Source of the DNA: an uncultured Gammaproteobacteria bacterium
Lineage (GTDB): Bacteria > Patescibacteriota > Microgenomatia > UBA8517
Assembly: GCA_964645605.1 (NCBI GenBank)
Contig: CAZYCE010000002.1
Location: forward strand, 3,256-67,255
Length of the DNA stretch: 64,000 nucleotides
Direction of reading: 5' to 3'
Part shown: positions 47,896 through 57,719 of the stretch, in pieces
Position numbering within the stretch: the first letter of the stretch is position 1
Layout: each line of letters opens with the position of its first letter
Notes under the pieces: generated by a model
Told to the model about the DNA's origin: nothing
The model's input: only the letters and a program-made list of their open reading frames with translations
Databases searched by the model: none
Program-made: the position numbers and the translations under genes

Positions 47896-48147
47896 TTATT
47901 TTTCAGATACGGATATTACCTGCTTACCCATTTTTTTACTTATTTTTACAAATCCATTCAAAATTGAATAAAGTGTATGGTCACGACCTTCTTTGACACC
48001 AGCGCCTTTAGAAAATTTTGTTCCTCTTTGCCTTATTAAAATTTGTCCCTTAAAAATTTTTTCTCCATCAGACACCTTAGGTCCCAACCTCTTCCCTGCG
48101 GGACTTACATGTTGTGAAGCTTTTCCTCCAGCTTTGTGTGTAGACAT
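47896..48147 (-). CDS. rpmA: 50S ribosomal protein L27
   Basis: It has MSTHKAGGKAS... and IRQRGTKFSKGAGVKEGRDHTLYS, the L27 signature. Confidence 0.9.
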   Translation of the reverse strand: MSTHKAGGKASQHVSPAGKRLGPKVSDGEKIFKGQILIRQRGTKFSKGAGVKEGRDHTLYSILNGFVKISKKMGKQVISVSEK

Positions 48148-48247
48148 ATTTTTATTATTAGGAACTTAGTTCTTGATACTTGGTTATAAGGAATATAACT
48201 TACGTTTTCACAGTTGTCAAGAGGTCAGAAAGTTATGGTTTGATACA

Positions 48248-48553
48248 TTAACCGATCTTTTCAACTAGAAGCCTGGTATATTGTGCTCTGAAACCTGTGT
48301 GTCTCTTATATCTGCTTTTAGCTTTGAATTTATAAATTTCTACCTTCTCCCCTTTTTCAAGTTCGGTAATAACCTTTAATTTAACTTCGTTTTTAAGAGT
48401 CGGTTTTCCTACACTTACTTTATCTCCGTCCGCAACCAAAAGAACCTCAGCGGAAATTTTTTTGGGATCGATCAGCTTATCCACTAAAATCTCCTGCCCT
48501 TCTTCAACTTTGTATTGTTTTCCAGCAACTCGAATAACGGCAAACTTTGACAT
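48248..48553 (-). CDS. rplU: 50S ribosomal protein L21
   Basis: The N-terminus MSKFAVIRVAGKQYKVEEGQEILVDKL matches the L21 start pattern. It sits in the rplU-rpmA arrangement. Confidence 0.85.
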   Translation of the reverse strand: MSKFAVIRVAGKQYKVEEGQEILVDKLIDPKKISAEVLLVADGDKVSVGKPTLKNEVKLKVITELEKGEKVEIYKFKAKSRYKRHTGFRAQYTRLLVEKIG

Positions 48554-48598
48554 ATGCGAGTATTTTATAACAGAATGAAAAACTCTACAAGCCTGAGC

Positions 48599-49675
48599 TT
48601 ATAGGTCAATTGAATGCAAAGTTTCCTTTTTGTAGGCACCAAGTGCAATCCCTAAACCTATCATTGTGGCAAGAAGCGAAGATCCTCCTGCCGATAGGAG
48701 CGGAAAAGGAAGACCCGTAATGGGGAGCATTCCCATATTCATTCCCGCATGGACCAGGACTTGTATCAAATATGTCAGGAAAAATCCCGAAAGATAGGCA
48801 CGAGCCTGAGGAGACGAAGAATGTTCCATAAATACCGTTAATCTTAAGAGAATAAAAAAACTAGCCAAAAGTACAAGACCAGCACCAACCAAACCAAGCT
48901 CCTCCGCTGTTGCGGCAAAGATGAAATCGGTTTGCTTTTCAGGTAAAAAGGCAAGTTGTGTCTGCACACCCCTTCCCAGCCCCGTTCCGAAAATTCTACC
49001 GGATCCTGCTGCAATTGTTGCCTGAATACTATTGTAACCCGCTCCCTGAGGATCCCGGGACGGTTCAATAAAAGTGGTAATCCTTTCCTTCTGGTAGGGT
49101 GCCATAAAGTTCCAGGCAACGGGAGCGGCCGCAACTATCACCAATATTCCGATTAGAAGCAGTTTTTTGTTAAATTTTGATGCCAGAAGCACTCCGATAA
49201 ATCCTATAAAGGTCAAGATTGATACTCCTAGCGAAGGCTGAACCAAAATAAGAATTACAGGAATTGCCAAAAGCGCGACCGCCTGTCCGAATTTCTTAAA
49301 AGTCACTGTTCCTTTTCCCAAAAAATTTGCAAAGAACACCAATAAAAAAGGCCTAATAAGTTCTGCCGGCTGTAGTGTGCCAGACCCAACCTGAATCCAG
49401 CGAACGGTATTTCTGGTAACTCTTCCTAAAATAAGAGTTAAAAGTAAAAGCGCAATACTGCCAAAATACAAATGTTTGGAAAAAAGGGAAATTATATCAA
49501 AATTGACCATCGAAAATATCGAAAAAACAACCAATGAGAAAAAGATATATAGGTAGTAGAGTGGAAAAAGCGACGGACTAAGGGAGTTTAGAACGATAAT
49601 ACTGGCCACAATTAAAAACATGACGGAGATGCTAAGAGTAATGTCCTTAAACAAAAATTTTGAAAGCCAGTGCAT
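48599..49675 (-). CDS. SEDS-family peptidoglycan glycosyltransferase (RodA/FtsW-like)
   Basis: It has about 10 transmembrane helices, the GSGTLQPAELIRPFLLV motif and FIFAATAEELGLVGAG. Confidence 0.75.
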   Translation of the reverse strand: MHWLSKFLFKDITLSISVMFLIVASIIVLNSLSPSLFPLYYLYIFFSLVVFSIFSMVNFDIISLFSKHLYFGSIALLLLTLILGRVTRNTVRWIQVGSGTLQPAELIRPFLLVFFANFLGKGTVTFKKFGQAVALLAIPVILILVQPSLGVSILTFIGFIGVLLASKFNKKLLLIGILVIVAAAPVAWNFMAPYQKERITTFIEPSRDPQGAGYNSIQATIAAGSGRIFGTGLGRGVQTQLAFLPEKQTDFIFAATAEELGLVGAGLVLLASFFILLRLTVFMEHSSSPQARAYLSGFFLTYLIQVLVHAGMNMGMLPITGLPFPLLSAGGSSLLATMIGLGIALGAYKKETLHSIDL

Positions 49676-49676
49676 A

Positions 49677-52600
49677 TTACGAGGTCCTTTTGACGCTAAA
49701 ACTGCCCTCTTCCAAATGGGAAATTTGAGCTTTTTTGATCATCCATTGAGTAAGTTTCTTACTCTCTGGCAATTTCTCTATAGTCACGTCAATTTTTTGA
49801 GTAAGATTTAACCCCAATGCCTTTCTTTCTTCCTGAATCTTTCTTACCAAATCTCTAATGTCTGCTTCTTCCTTCAATTCGGGTGTAATTTTCGTATCAA
49901 TTTCTATCTTATCCGATCCTCCTACGAGCTCGATAAATTTAACATTAAGTTCGCTTTCCGCAACCCTAATAATATCTTCAGCAATTGCGCCTTTCTCCTG
50001 CCCGTAAACCATAGCTTTTTGGAGAGGCTGTCTTACCGCTATACCCAGTTCCTTCCTTTTTGCATGGATCTTTTCAACAATGTCACGCATCTTTCGCATT
50101 TGGCTTATCAGGTCCTCATCATCTTTATTCTGTTTCGGAGGTTCATCTGGCCAATCAGAAAGATGAACAGACGCATCATGGGTCAAATTGATATACATAC
50201 TATCAGCAAGGTATGGCGTAAAAGGAGCCAGAAGTTTAGTAAGAATGTAAAGACAATAGTAAGTATTAGAGTAAAACGCGTTGGCATCCTTCTCGGATTC
50301 CTTTGCAGGACCTACACGCTCACGGGATCGCCTGATATACCAAAGAGAGAAATCGTCAACGAATTTTTCTATCTCGAAAGATGCACTAGCCGCATCATAC
50401 TTTTCTAAAGAACCGGTTACCAAATTAACGGTTTGGTCCAATCTCAAAATTATCCATTTATCAAGCACGCCTGTTGGTTTTCCGGGCCTTTTGTGAATTC
50501 CCGGCTTCCATTCATCAAGATTGGCATAAGTTACAAAAAAGTTGTAAACGTTCCAAAGCTTTAAATGAAATCTTCTCCTAACCTCATCGGCAATTTTATA
50601 GCCAAAAAGCAAATTTTCCGACGGGTTTGTACGCGCAAACATCCAGCGCATAACATCAACCCCTATTTTGTCCGCACCTTCATTAAATTCAATCGCATTC
50701 CCCCAACTTTTATGCATAGGTCTGCCGTCCTCACCAAGAAGTGTTCCGTATCCCAAAACCGTTTTATAAGGATTAGTGTCAGTAAGCACAGTACTCATGG
50801 CTATAAGTGCATAAAACCAATTCTTGAATTGCCCGGGAAAACTTTCCGTTATAAATGCCGCTGGAAACCATTTTTGCCACTCTTCCCGATTTTCTAAATA
50901 AAGCGGTTTTATCTTTGAGGGTATTAAGCCGCAGGCTTTGTTATCCTTACTGATTGTCGAAAAAGGCACAATCCCTGCATCAAGCCATGGGTTTCCGACC
51001 GGTTCAATCCTGCTCATTTCCGCACCGCAATTGCTGCACTTCAATCTTATAAAGTCAATTTGAGGCTTGTGGGGACTTTTTCCGTCAAACTTGTCCCATC
51101 CGGATACGGCCCGAGCTTTAAGTTCTTCTCTTGTTCCGATAACCTCGAAATGGTGGCATTTCTTACATTCCCAAATTGGCAAGGCCAGCCCCCAATACCT
51201 GTTTTTCTTGCTTATGAGCCAGTCGTGCATATTTGTCAACCAGTCCATTTCCCGGTCAAGTCCAAATTCCGGAAGCCACTCAATTTTAGCAGCAACCTCT
51301 TTCATTCTTTCCCTAAGCGTTCTTGTATCGGGTGCGGGTTTGGGGGTTTCCTCCTCTTTGTTCCAATTTTCTCTATCTTCGTTTATTTGAATTTTAGGAG
51401 GGACTACTTTGGCTGGTTTATCCATCGAGATATACCATTCGTCGGTTATTTTCCAAACAAGCTCGGTTTTACATCTCCAGCACGCAGGGTATCTGTGGGT
51501 ATATTTCTCGATTTTATAAAAGAAATGTGCTCCTTTTTCTTCCCTCTCTCTCAGAAAATCTAAAATTAATTCTGGATGCTTCTTGGCATTTTGTCCCGAC
51601 AAGAACCCTAAATCTGGCATATATGAAGCATCGTCTTCAATTACCTTGATTACAGGCAGGTTCAGTTTCTTGCCCAATCTGAAATCTTCCGCTCCCGAAG
51701 ATGTGGCCACATGTACTATTCCTGTTCCTTCTTCAGTATTTATCGGAAGTATCAGATCGTCCGTGGCTACAACCGTGTGGAATTTATCATTCCTTGCAGT
51801 TTCCGCTACTTTAGGTAGGGCATCGAAGGCTCCTTTGTATCTTAGTCCAACCAGTTTGGCACCTTTTGTCGTCTTCAGTTCTTTTGCCCTAGTCCCGGCA
51901 AATATCCTGTCTTTCGCCTGTGCGGCAACCCAATACTTGCGCTTTTCTACCTCAATAAGGGTGTAATCGAGGTCGGCATCAATCGCTACGACTACATTGG
52001 CAGGAACGGTCCACGGGGTAGTAGTCCAGACAAGCAAATATTCATCCGTCTGCCCGGTAACCGGAAAAGAAAGGTATATGGAATCGTGCGTAATTTCCTT
52101 GTAATCCTCCGTAAGCATTTCATGCTGGGAAATAGCTGTCTCACATCTCGGGCACCAGGCAACGGCATCCTCGCCTTTATAAATCCAGCCGTGTTCATAA
52201 CATACTTTCAAAAAATGCCAAATCATATAATTGTTGTCGTCACTCAGCGTGTAATAGGAGTGATCCCAATCCATGAAGTATCCCAGGCGTTTACTTTGTT
52301 CCGTTTGAATTTCCGAATATTTTTTGACTCTGTCTTTGCAAAGCTCTACAAATTCGGCAACGCCAAATGTCTCTATGTCTTTTTTATTTTTGAATCCAAG
52401 CTCTTTTTCCACCTCAACCTCAACCCAAAGGCCCTGACAATCAAAACCGTTTTGAAAACGCTCCCGGTATCCCTGCATATTTTTATACCTCTGCCAAATA
52501 TCCTTATATGTTCTCCCCCATGCATGGTGGACCGCCATAGGATTATTCGCAGTCATGGGTCCATCGAGAAAGCTAAAATATTTTTTGGAGTTTTTATTAC

Positions 52601-52715
52601 GTGATAAATATTTCTTAATGACGCCTTTTTTCTCCCAATTTTTATAAATTTCTTTCTCGAGGTCCGGAAAATTTACCTGCAAGTTCACCGGATCAAAAAA
52701 GGATTTTCTTGCCAT
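49677..52715 (-). CDS. ileS: Isoleucyl-tRNA synthetase (type 2, eukaryote/archaeal-like)
   Basis: It is 1012 aa. The HIGH region is PMAVHHAWG. The segment ERFQNGFDCQGLWVEVEVEK aligns with the IleS CP1-proximal motif. There is a KMSKS variant (MHKSWGNAI) and zinc knuckles (CWRCKTE, CSNCGAE). Confidence 0.7.
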   Translation of the reverse strand: MARKSFFDPVNLQVNFPDLEKEIYKNWEKKGVIKKYLSRNKNSKKYFSFLDGPMTANNPMAVHHAWGRTYKDIWQRYKNMQGYRERFQNGFDCQGLWVEVEVEKELGFKNKKDIETFGVAEFVELCKDRVKKYSEIQTEQSKRLGYFMDWDHSYYTLSDDNNYMIWHFLKVCYEHGWIYKGEDAVAWCPRCETAISQHEMLTEDYKEITHDSIYLSFPVTGQTDEYLLVWTTTPWTVPANVVVAIDADLDYTLIEVEKRKYWVAAQAKDRIFAGTRAKELKTTKGAKLVGLRYKGAFDALPKVAETARNDKFHTVVATDDLILPINTEEGTGIVHVATSSGAEDFRLGKKLNLPVIKVIEDDASYMPDLGFLSGQNAKKHPELILDFLREREEKGAHFFYKIEKYTHRYPACWRCKTELVWKITDEWYISMDKPAKVVPPKIQINEDRENWNKEEETPKPAPDTRTLRERMKEVAAKIEWLPEFGLDREMDWLTNMHDWLISKKNRYWGLALPIWECKKCHHFEVIGTREELKARAVSGWDKFDGKSPHKPQIDFIRLKCSNCGAEMSRIEPVGNPWLDAGIVPFSTISKDNKACGLIPSKIKPLYLENREEWQKWFPAAFITESFPGQFKNWFYALIAMSTVLTDTNPYKTVLGYGTLLGEDGRPMHKSWGNAIEFNEGADKIGVDVMRWMFARTNPSENLLFGYKIADEVRRRFHLKLWNVYNFFVTYANLDEWKPGIHKRPGKPTGVLDKWIILRLDQTVNLVTGSLEKYDAASASFEIEKFVDDFSLWYIRRSRERVGPAKESEKDANAFYSNTYYCLYILTKLLAPFTPYLADSMYINLTHDASVHLSDWPDEPPKQNKDDEDLISQMRKMRDIVEKIHAKRKELGIAVRQPLQKAMVYGQEKGAIAEDIIRVAESELNVKFIELVGGSDKIEIDTKITPELKEEADIRDLVRKIQEERKALGLNLTQKIDVTIEKLPESKKLTQWMIKKAQISHLEEGSFSVKRTS

Positions 52716-52744
52716 ATGAAGCTATTCTAACACATATTCCGGAC

Positions 52745-53017
52745 TCAGTTTAAGCCGTTTTTAACTGTTTGAATTTTTCCCTCAGACATTGCCAGAAGTT
52801 TTCCAAGCTCGTTTACGAACTTTTTAGCGTGTTCTCTGCTCATGCCAAACCTTGAAACAATTCTTACCTGATCGGTTGAACCAACTCTTTGGGCGACATC
52901 CAAAACTATCCCTTCCGTATTTGCCGTCATAAATATATTGTCCGTATAGAGAATGGGCGTTGTATCCAAATTCAAATTTACCTGCTGTGCATTATCTTTT
53001 TTCCCTTTGTTGTCCAT
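52745..53017 (-). CDS. Hypothetical small protein
   Basis: It is a 90-aa soluble protein (…RIVSRFGMSREHAKKFVNELGKLL…). I could not assign a domain. Confidence 0.3.
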   Translation of the reverse strand: MDNKGKKDNAQQVNLNLDTTPILYTDNIFMTANTEGIVLDVAQRVGSTDQVRIVSRFGMSREHAKKFVNELGKLLAMSEGKIQTVKNGLN

Positions 53018-53045
53018 AAAATCACCCCCTTTTCTTCTTGTGAAA

Positions 53046-53996
53046 TTATATCACTCCGATAATTTCCCTTACTTCACTGAAGTTTTTTGCCCTCATCATT
53101 TTAATCCTGAGTTTGCTAGCCCCGGGGAATCCTTTTATATACATCTTGAAAAATTTTTTAATAATTTCAAAATTCTTGGAATCTCCCCACACGCTTTCAA
53201 AAAGATCCATGTGTTTACAAAGAAGATTGATATAATCGACTTTTTTATGCTTTATACTTTCGCTTTTATTAAATACCCACGGGTTTGTAAACACACCCCT
53301 TCCAATCATAACCCCATCAACCCCATACCTCTCCCGCATCAAAAGTACCTCTGAATAACTTTTAACATCCCCATTTCCGATAATTAAAGTCGATGGGGAA
53401 ATTCCGTTCCGCAATTCGATAATTTTTCCGATTTCTTCCCAATCCGCCTTCCCTTTGGACATTTGCTTGGCAATCCGCGCGTGTATTGTCAAAGCAGCAA
53501 TCTCTTGCTTCAAAAGAAAAGTTATCCAGTCCTTGGCAATGTTTTCATTCTTGCCAAGTCTTGTCTTAACGCTCACGGGAAGACCCCCCGCCCCCCTTTT
53601 AACAGCCTTTATCAAATCTCCCGCCAGTTTATACTCCCCAATTAGGCCCGCTCCTGCACCCCTCTTAACAACTTCCTTCACGGGGCAACCCATATTAATA
53701 TCTATTCCGTCAAAGTTAAGATTTTTTGCTATTTTTGCGGCTTTTTCCATTTTTACCGGATCGGTGCCCCATATTTGAGCAACTATCGGGTGCTGAGCCT
53801 CCGTAAAGTTCAGCTTTCTTAAAGGAATTCCGTTTGCGCCGTGAATTAACCCGTCTGCATTGGCAAATTCTGTAAAAAAAACGTCAGGGCGTCCCGCTTC
53901 AAGGATTACTTGCCTAAAAACATTATCGGTAACGTCATCCATTGGAGCCATGGCAGTAAAAGGCCGTGGAAGATTTCTCCAAAAATTTATTAACAT
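53046..53996 (-). CDS. tRNA-dihydrouridine synthase
   Basis: It has the FMN/TIM-barrel motifs MAPMDDVTD, IDINMGCPVKEV and HARIAKQ. The length and pattern fit the DusB family. Confidence 0.85.
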   Translation of the reverse strand: MLINFWRNLPRPFTAMAPMDDVTDNVFRQVILEAGRPDVFFTEFANADGLIHGANGIPLRKLNFTEAQHPIVAQIWGTDPVKMEKAAKIAKNLNFDGIDINMGCPVKEVVKRGAGAGLIGEYKLAGDLIKAVKRGAGGLPVSVKTRLGKNENIAKDWITFLLKQEIAALTIHARIAKQMSKGKADWEEIGKIIELRNGISPSTLIIGNGDVKSYSEVLLMRERYGVDGVMIGRGVFTNPWVFNKSESIKHKKVDYINLLCKHMDLFESVWGDSKNFEIIKKFFKMYIKGFPGASKLRIKMMRAKNFSEVREIIGVI

Positions 53997-54035
53997 TAGT
54001 GAATTATACCCTTTAGTGATTATATAATTACACTT

Positions 54036-54431
54036 ATGGAGAACCGTAAAGAGGTAGAAAATTTTATAGCAAGGTCTGTTTTAGCTATATGCGGCGCTGG
54101 CTCCGATAGAAGCAAATACATCGCCGAGGAACTCAACAACCGGGGTTATTTTGCGGTATACGGAGGCATTATGAAAAACCATAATTATGTCACCCCTGAG
54201 GATTTGCAAAATATAGGAACAATAGTGTTTTCTTCGATTTATGAAAAGAAGATTTTTGATGAAAATGCAAAATTAAAACAAATTGTTTCCAGAAATAATA
54301 TTCAGGTAAGAGTTTTGAATATCACAGAAAGAGACAAGAATAAAGCCCATGATGAAAATGCGGTTGATAAACTTAGGATAGAAATAGCCAATCAACTTGA
54401 TTGCGTTGGACTCAAAAATCTCGGAAAATAA
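54036..54431 (+). CDS. CX5R P-loop protein (low-molecular-weight phosphatase / arsenate-reductase-like)
   Basis: It has VLAICGAGSDRSKY, a C-X5-R-S phosphate-binding loop near the N-terminus of a 131-aa protein. Family assignment is tentative. Confidence 0.35.
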   Translation: MENRKEVENFIARSVLAICGAGSDRSKYIAEELNNRGYFAVYGGIMKNHNYVTPEDLQNIGTIVFSSIYEKKIFDENAKLKQIVSRNNIQVRVLNITERDKNKAHDENAVDKLRIEIANQLDCVGLKNLGK

Positions 54432-54440
54432 TTTCTATAC

Positions 54441-54809
54441 GTGGCTTCTTTGACTTTCATACCCTTTAAATCTAAAATCCTCTTAACCATGTTAAAGGAG
54501 ATGGAAAATGAGCTTGAGCCTTTGAACATATGTCGAAAACATTTTTGGGAAATTGCCATTGGTAGAATGTGCGATAACCCCAAGAAGGTATTGCCGGTTT
54601 ACTTGAAGCCGCCTCGATTCAGTAAACCCCTTGGTGACTATTTTCTCCATTTTGTAAAGGAGGACGGCAAGGTATATTTGCAAGCCGAGGGATTTAGCTC
54701 CAAAGAAGTGGAATCCGGGTTTGTGATTGGGTTTGACGAAAATTTGACACACGTTCAGCCCGGTATCTACCGGTTGGACATAACCGATTATCTTGGAGGT
54801 GACCTATAA
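54441..54809 (+). CDS. Hypothetical protein
   Basis: It is a 122-aa ORF with no recognisable motif. An alternative start is the Met at about 54489 (MLKEMENE). Confidence 0.25.
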   Translation: MASLTFIPFKSKILLTMLKEMENELEPLNICRKHFWEIAIGRMCDNPKKVLPVYLKPPRFSKPLGDYFLHFVKEDGKVYLQAEGFSSKEVESGFVIGFDENLTHVQPGIYRLDITDYLGGDL

Positions 54810-54816
54810 ACTGCGC

Positions 54817-55056
54817 TTAATTACAATCTTCTTCCCAAAGTCTTAGACATTTGTCTTTGGAGGCACACCAAACGTAGCCTGCTGAGCCTATGCAGCCGTG
54901 TTCATCTTTATCCCCTCCCACAATTTGCTGGACAGGACTTGAAGTTTTAAAAACCGCATTACTTGCTTCGGTGGTATTAAAGGTATTGTTTTTAAGAAAA
55001 CGGTAAAGAAGAAAACCTAGTATCAAATAGAGAACCAGAACAAGAACATTCTTCAT
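54817..55056 (-). CDS. Small secreted cysteine-containing protein (hypothetical)
   Basis: It is 79 aa with an N-terminal hydrophobic helix (VLVLVLYLILGFLLY) and a C-terminal four-Cys cluster (HGCIGSAGYVWCASKDKCLRLWEEDCN). Confidence 0.3.
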   Translation of the reverse strand: MKNVLVLVLYLILGFLLYRFLKNNTFNTTEASNAVFKTSSPVQQIVGGDKDEHGCIGSAGYVWCASKDKCLRLWEEDCN

Positions 55057-55321
55057 GATTAATTATATTATACAACTAAGGATCCGGTTACCATTGAGTC
55101 AAAATGTCAGCCTCAGATATTCCACAAAGCAATCATCAACTTTCTCTGAAGATTGCCAAATCCAACCAGGCGCCAAAAAAATTCCTCCTGAATTCTAAAA
55201 AAGTTGCGGATACTGAAAGCCCTGAATCCCAAAATTATTAAAACAACCGCAACAATTATATTAATGTACTTTTTTGGTAAAAAATTTCCGACGTCCAAAC
55301 CAATTTTGGCGTGTAATAAGG

Positions 55322-56308
55322 CTATTTTAGATATGTTTCAATGTTTTGAAGATGTTCAGCATAAGTTTTGGCGCAGTGGATTTGACCGGAGGCATCATGC
55401 AGATAAAAAAGACAATCCGTCTCTTCTGGATTTAGCGCCGCCTCGATGGCATCGATATTCGGGCTGCAGATTGGCGTCGGGGGGAGACCTTTATACTTAT
55501 AGCTATTGTAGAGCGAATCGCTTTGTTTTTCGGAAATATCGATTGTTCCCCACCAACTGCCGGTATCATTTTTCCCAAGCGTATATTGCATAGTCGCATC
55601 AATTTGAAGAGGCATTTCATCATTAAGCCTGTTCCAGATAATTCCTGAAATGAGCTTCATATCGGCCTTTCCCGCCGCTTCCCTGGCTATAAGCGACGCG
55701 ATTTTAAGTCCCGTTGTCCATTTAATATTTTTGGCAATATAGGCGTCTGCAAGTGGTGCAAATTTTTGATTAAAATTCGCTATGAATCTCTGTGCAACTT
55801 GAGCAGGAGTTTCATCGGCTGGTATTAAGTAAGTGTCGGGGTAAAAAACGCCTTCAAAATATTCGGAGTTTTTATCTGTATAAAGATTGTTCCATTCCTT
55901 CAGCTGGTCCTCACTCCAGCCAAGAATTTCGGTCAGTTTCTCCCCTACCTGCTCTTTCCTTGGACAATACGAGATCGTAACCCAATAAAGGTCTTGTTTG
56001 CCAAACAATTTTTGAAGAATTTGCCAGGAATTCATTTTTTGGTTCAATCTGTAACCTCCCGATTTTATTTCTTTACCGGCGGCAAAATTATTAAAAATAA
56101 ATTGAAAAGCTTTTTCGTTTTTGATAAGCCCCTGTTTTTTTAAAGATTCTGCAAAATTGAAACCATATTGATCCTCGGGGACTACAAATACCTGTAAGGT
56201 GTCCGATTTACCGACTGGCCCTAGAAAATATAAAAAGGAGGCCGCAAAACCCAATCCAAAAACTATTAAAATAATAAGAATTCGAAAGAAAATCTTCACG
56301 ACAATCAT
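55322..56308 (-). CDS. mltG: Endolytic murein transglycosylase MltG (YceG-like)
   Basis: It has an N-terminal transmembrane anchor and a YceG domain (LQVFVVPEDQYGF... GLPPTPICSPNIDAIEAAL). Confidence 0.75.
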   Translation of the reverse strand: MIVVKIFFRILIILIVFGLGFAASFLYFLGPVGKSDTLQVFVVPEDQYGFNFAESLKKQGLIKNEKAFQFIFNNFAAGKEIKSGGYRLNQKMNSWQILQKLFGKQDLYWVTISYCPRKEQVGEKLTEILGWSEDQLKEWNNLYTDKNSEYFEGVFYPDTYLIPADETPAQVAQRFIANFNQKFAPLADAYIAKNIKWTTGLKIASLIAREAAGKADMKLISGIIWNRLNDEMPLQIDATMQYTLGKNDTGSWWGTIDISEKQSDSLYNSYKYKGLPPTPICSPNIDAIEAALNPEETDCLFYLHDASGQIHCAKTYAEHLQNIETYLK

Positions 56309-56463
56309 TGTATCATGCGTATACTCCCTATGGTTTGGTAAGCATTTATTCGAAGATAATAAAGCGGGAGAAGCGTAATATGTTCAATGTATGCGGTTAC
56401 GCCACGGGTTCGAAGAATACCTTGTTTCTTTAGAGTCACAAAATAATACACTTTCTAAAAGGA

Positions 56464-57630
56464 TTAGTGAATTTTCCTGAGGAAGGCGGGGATTTCAAAC
56501 TTCTCACCAAAAACATCTTCGCCTTTTCCCGAATCTTCGGGATTATCGTCTATCGGTTCCTCTCCCTCTCCGGTATCTTCATGATTTGATGTGGAAATTG
56601 GCGCATCGCTGACAACGCCTTGAATAATCGGTTTTTGAACTGAGGTCTGGCTCATTTGGGCAAGCCTTGAGCGTGTTTCATCAAACCCCGTTGCAATCAC
56701 GGTAATTTTAACTTGATCCGAGAGATCCGGTTTTATAACAGCTCCAAAAATAACATTTGCATCCGGATCGGCGGCTGAAGAAATTATTCTGGCTGCCTCA
56801 TCAACTTCAAACATGGTCAAATCATTTCCTCCTGCAACATTGAACAAAACTCCGCGGGCACCCTCGATAGAAAGGTCGAGAAGAGGTGAGGAAACTGCAG
56901 CTCGAGCGGCCATTTGGGCTCTATTTTCCCCTACTCCAGTCCCGATTCCAAGAAGTGCGGATCCGGCATCCTTCATAATTGTCTTAACGTCGGCAAAATC
57001 TACGTTTACAAGACCGGCTGTTGTAATAATATCGGCAATTCCGCCAACACCTTGACCGAGGACCGAATCAACCACTTTAAATGCTTCAAGAAGAGTCATT
57101 TTTCTATCAATGACATCCATTAACCTTTGATTTGGAATAACAATTAGGGTATCTGTTGCCTCTTTCAATTTCTCGATTCCGTCCTCGGCCGCAACCATCC
57201 TTCTGGTTCCTTCAAACGAAAACGGTTTGGTAACAACCCCGATGGTAAGAGCTCCCGCCTCTTTTGCCAGTTGGGCAATAACTGGGGTAGCCCCTGTGCC
57301 TGTTCCTCCCCCCATCCCCGCCGTAACAAAAACCATATCCGTATCTATAAGAAGTTCTTTTATTTTTTCGACTGATTCCTCCGCTGCCTGACGGCCAACG
57401 TCCGGATCTCCACCAACACCAAGTCCTTTAGTTAGTTTTTCTCCTATCTGAAGTTTCGTCGGAGCCTTGTTGTTTAGAAGAACCTGGGCATCGGTGTTTA
57501 TCGCAACAAATTCTACGCCATCCACAATTCCAGACTCAATCATTGAGCTTATTGCGTTTCCACCACCACCACCAACTCCTATTACTTTTATTTTCGCAAT
57601 CCTTGCGGAATCCGGTTTGACTAATGCCAT
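56464..57630 (-). CDS. ftsZ: Cell division protein FtsZ
   Basis: It has [19 protein letters not shown], the tubulin signature [17 protein letters not shown], and a C-terminal acidic tail with a conserved peptide (FEIPAFLRK). Confidence 0.95.
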   Translation of the reverse strand: MALVKPDSARIAKIKVIGVGGGGGNAISSMIESGIVDGVEFVAINTDAQVLLNNKAPTKLQIGEKLTKGLGVGGDPDVGRQAAEESVEKIKELLIDTDMVFVTAGMGGGTGTGATPVIAQLAKEAGALTIGVVTKPFSFEGTRRMVAAEDGIEKLKEATDTLIVIPNQRLMDVIDRKMTLLEAFKVVDSVLGQGVGGIADIITTAGLVNVDFADVKTIMKDAGSALLGIGTGVGENRAQMAARAAVSSPLLDLSIEGARGVLFNVAGGNDLTMFEVDEAARIISSAADPDANVIFGAVIKPDLSDQVKITVIATGFDETRSRLAQMSQTSVQKPIIQGVVSDAPISTSNHEDTGEGEEPIDDNPEDSGKGEDVFGEKFEIPAFLRKIH

Positions 57631-57719
57631 AATATATAAATTTAACCCAAAACTCTATGTGGCAGAATTGTACCTTGGGCAGAAGAAAAACACAAGCCTG
57701 CCGTCAGGCAGGTAGGCAA

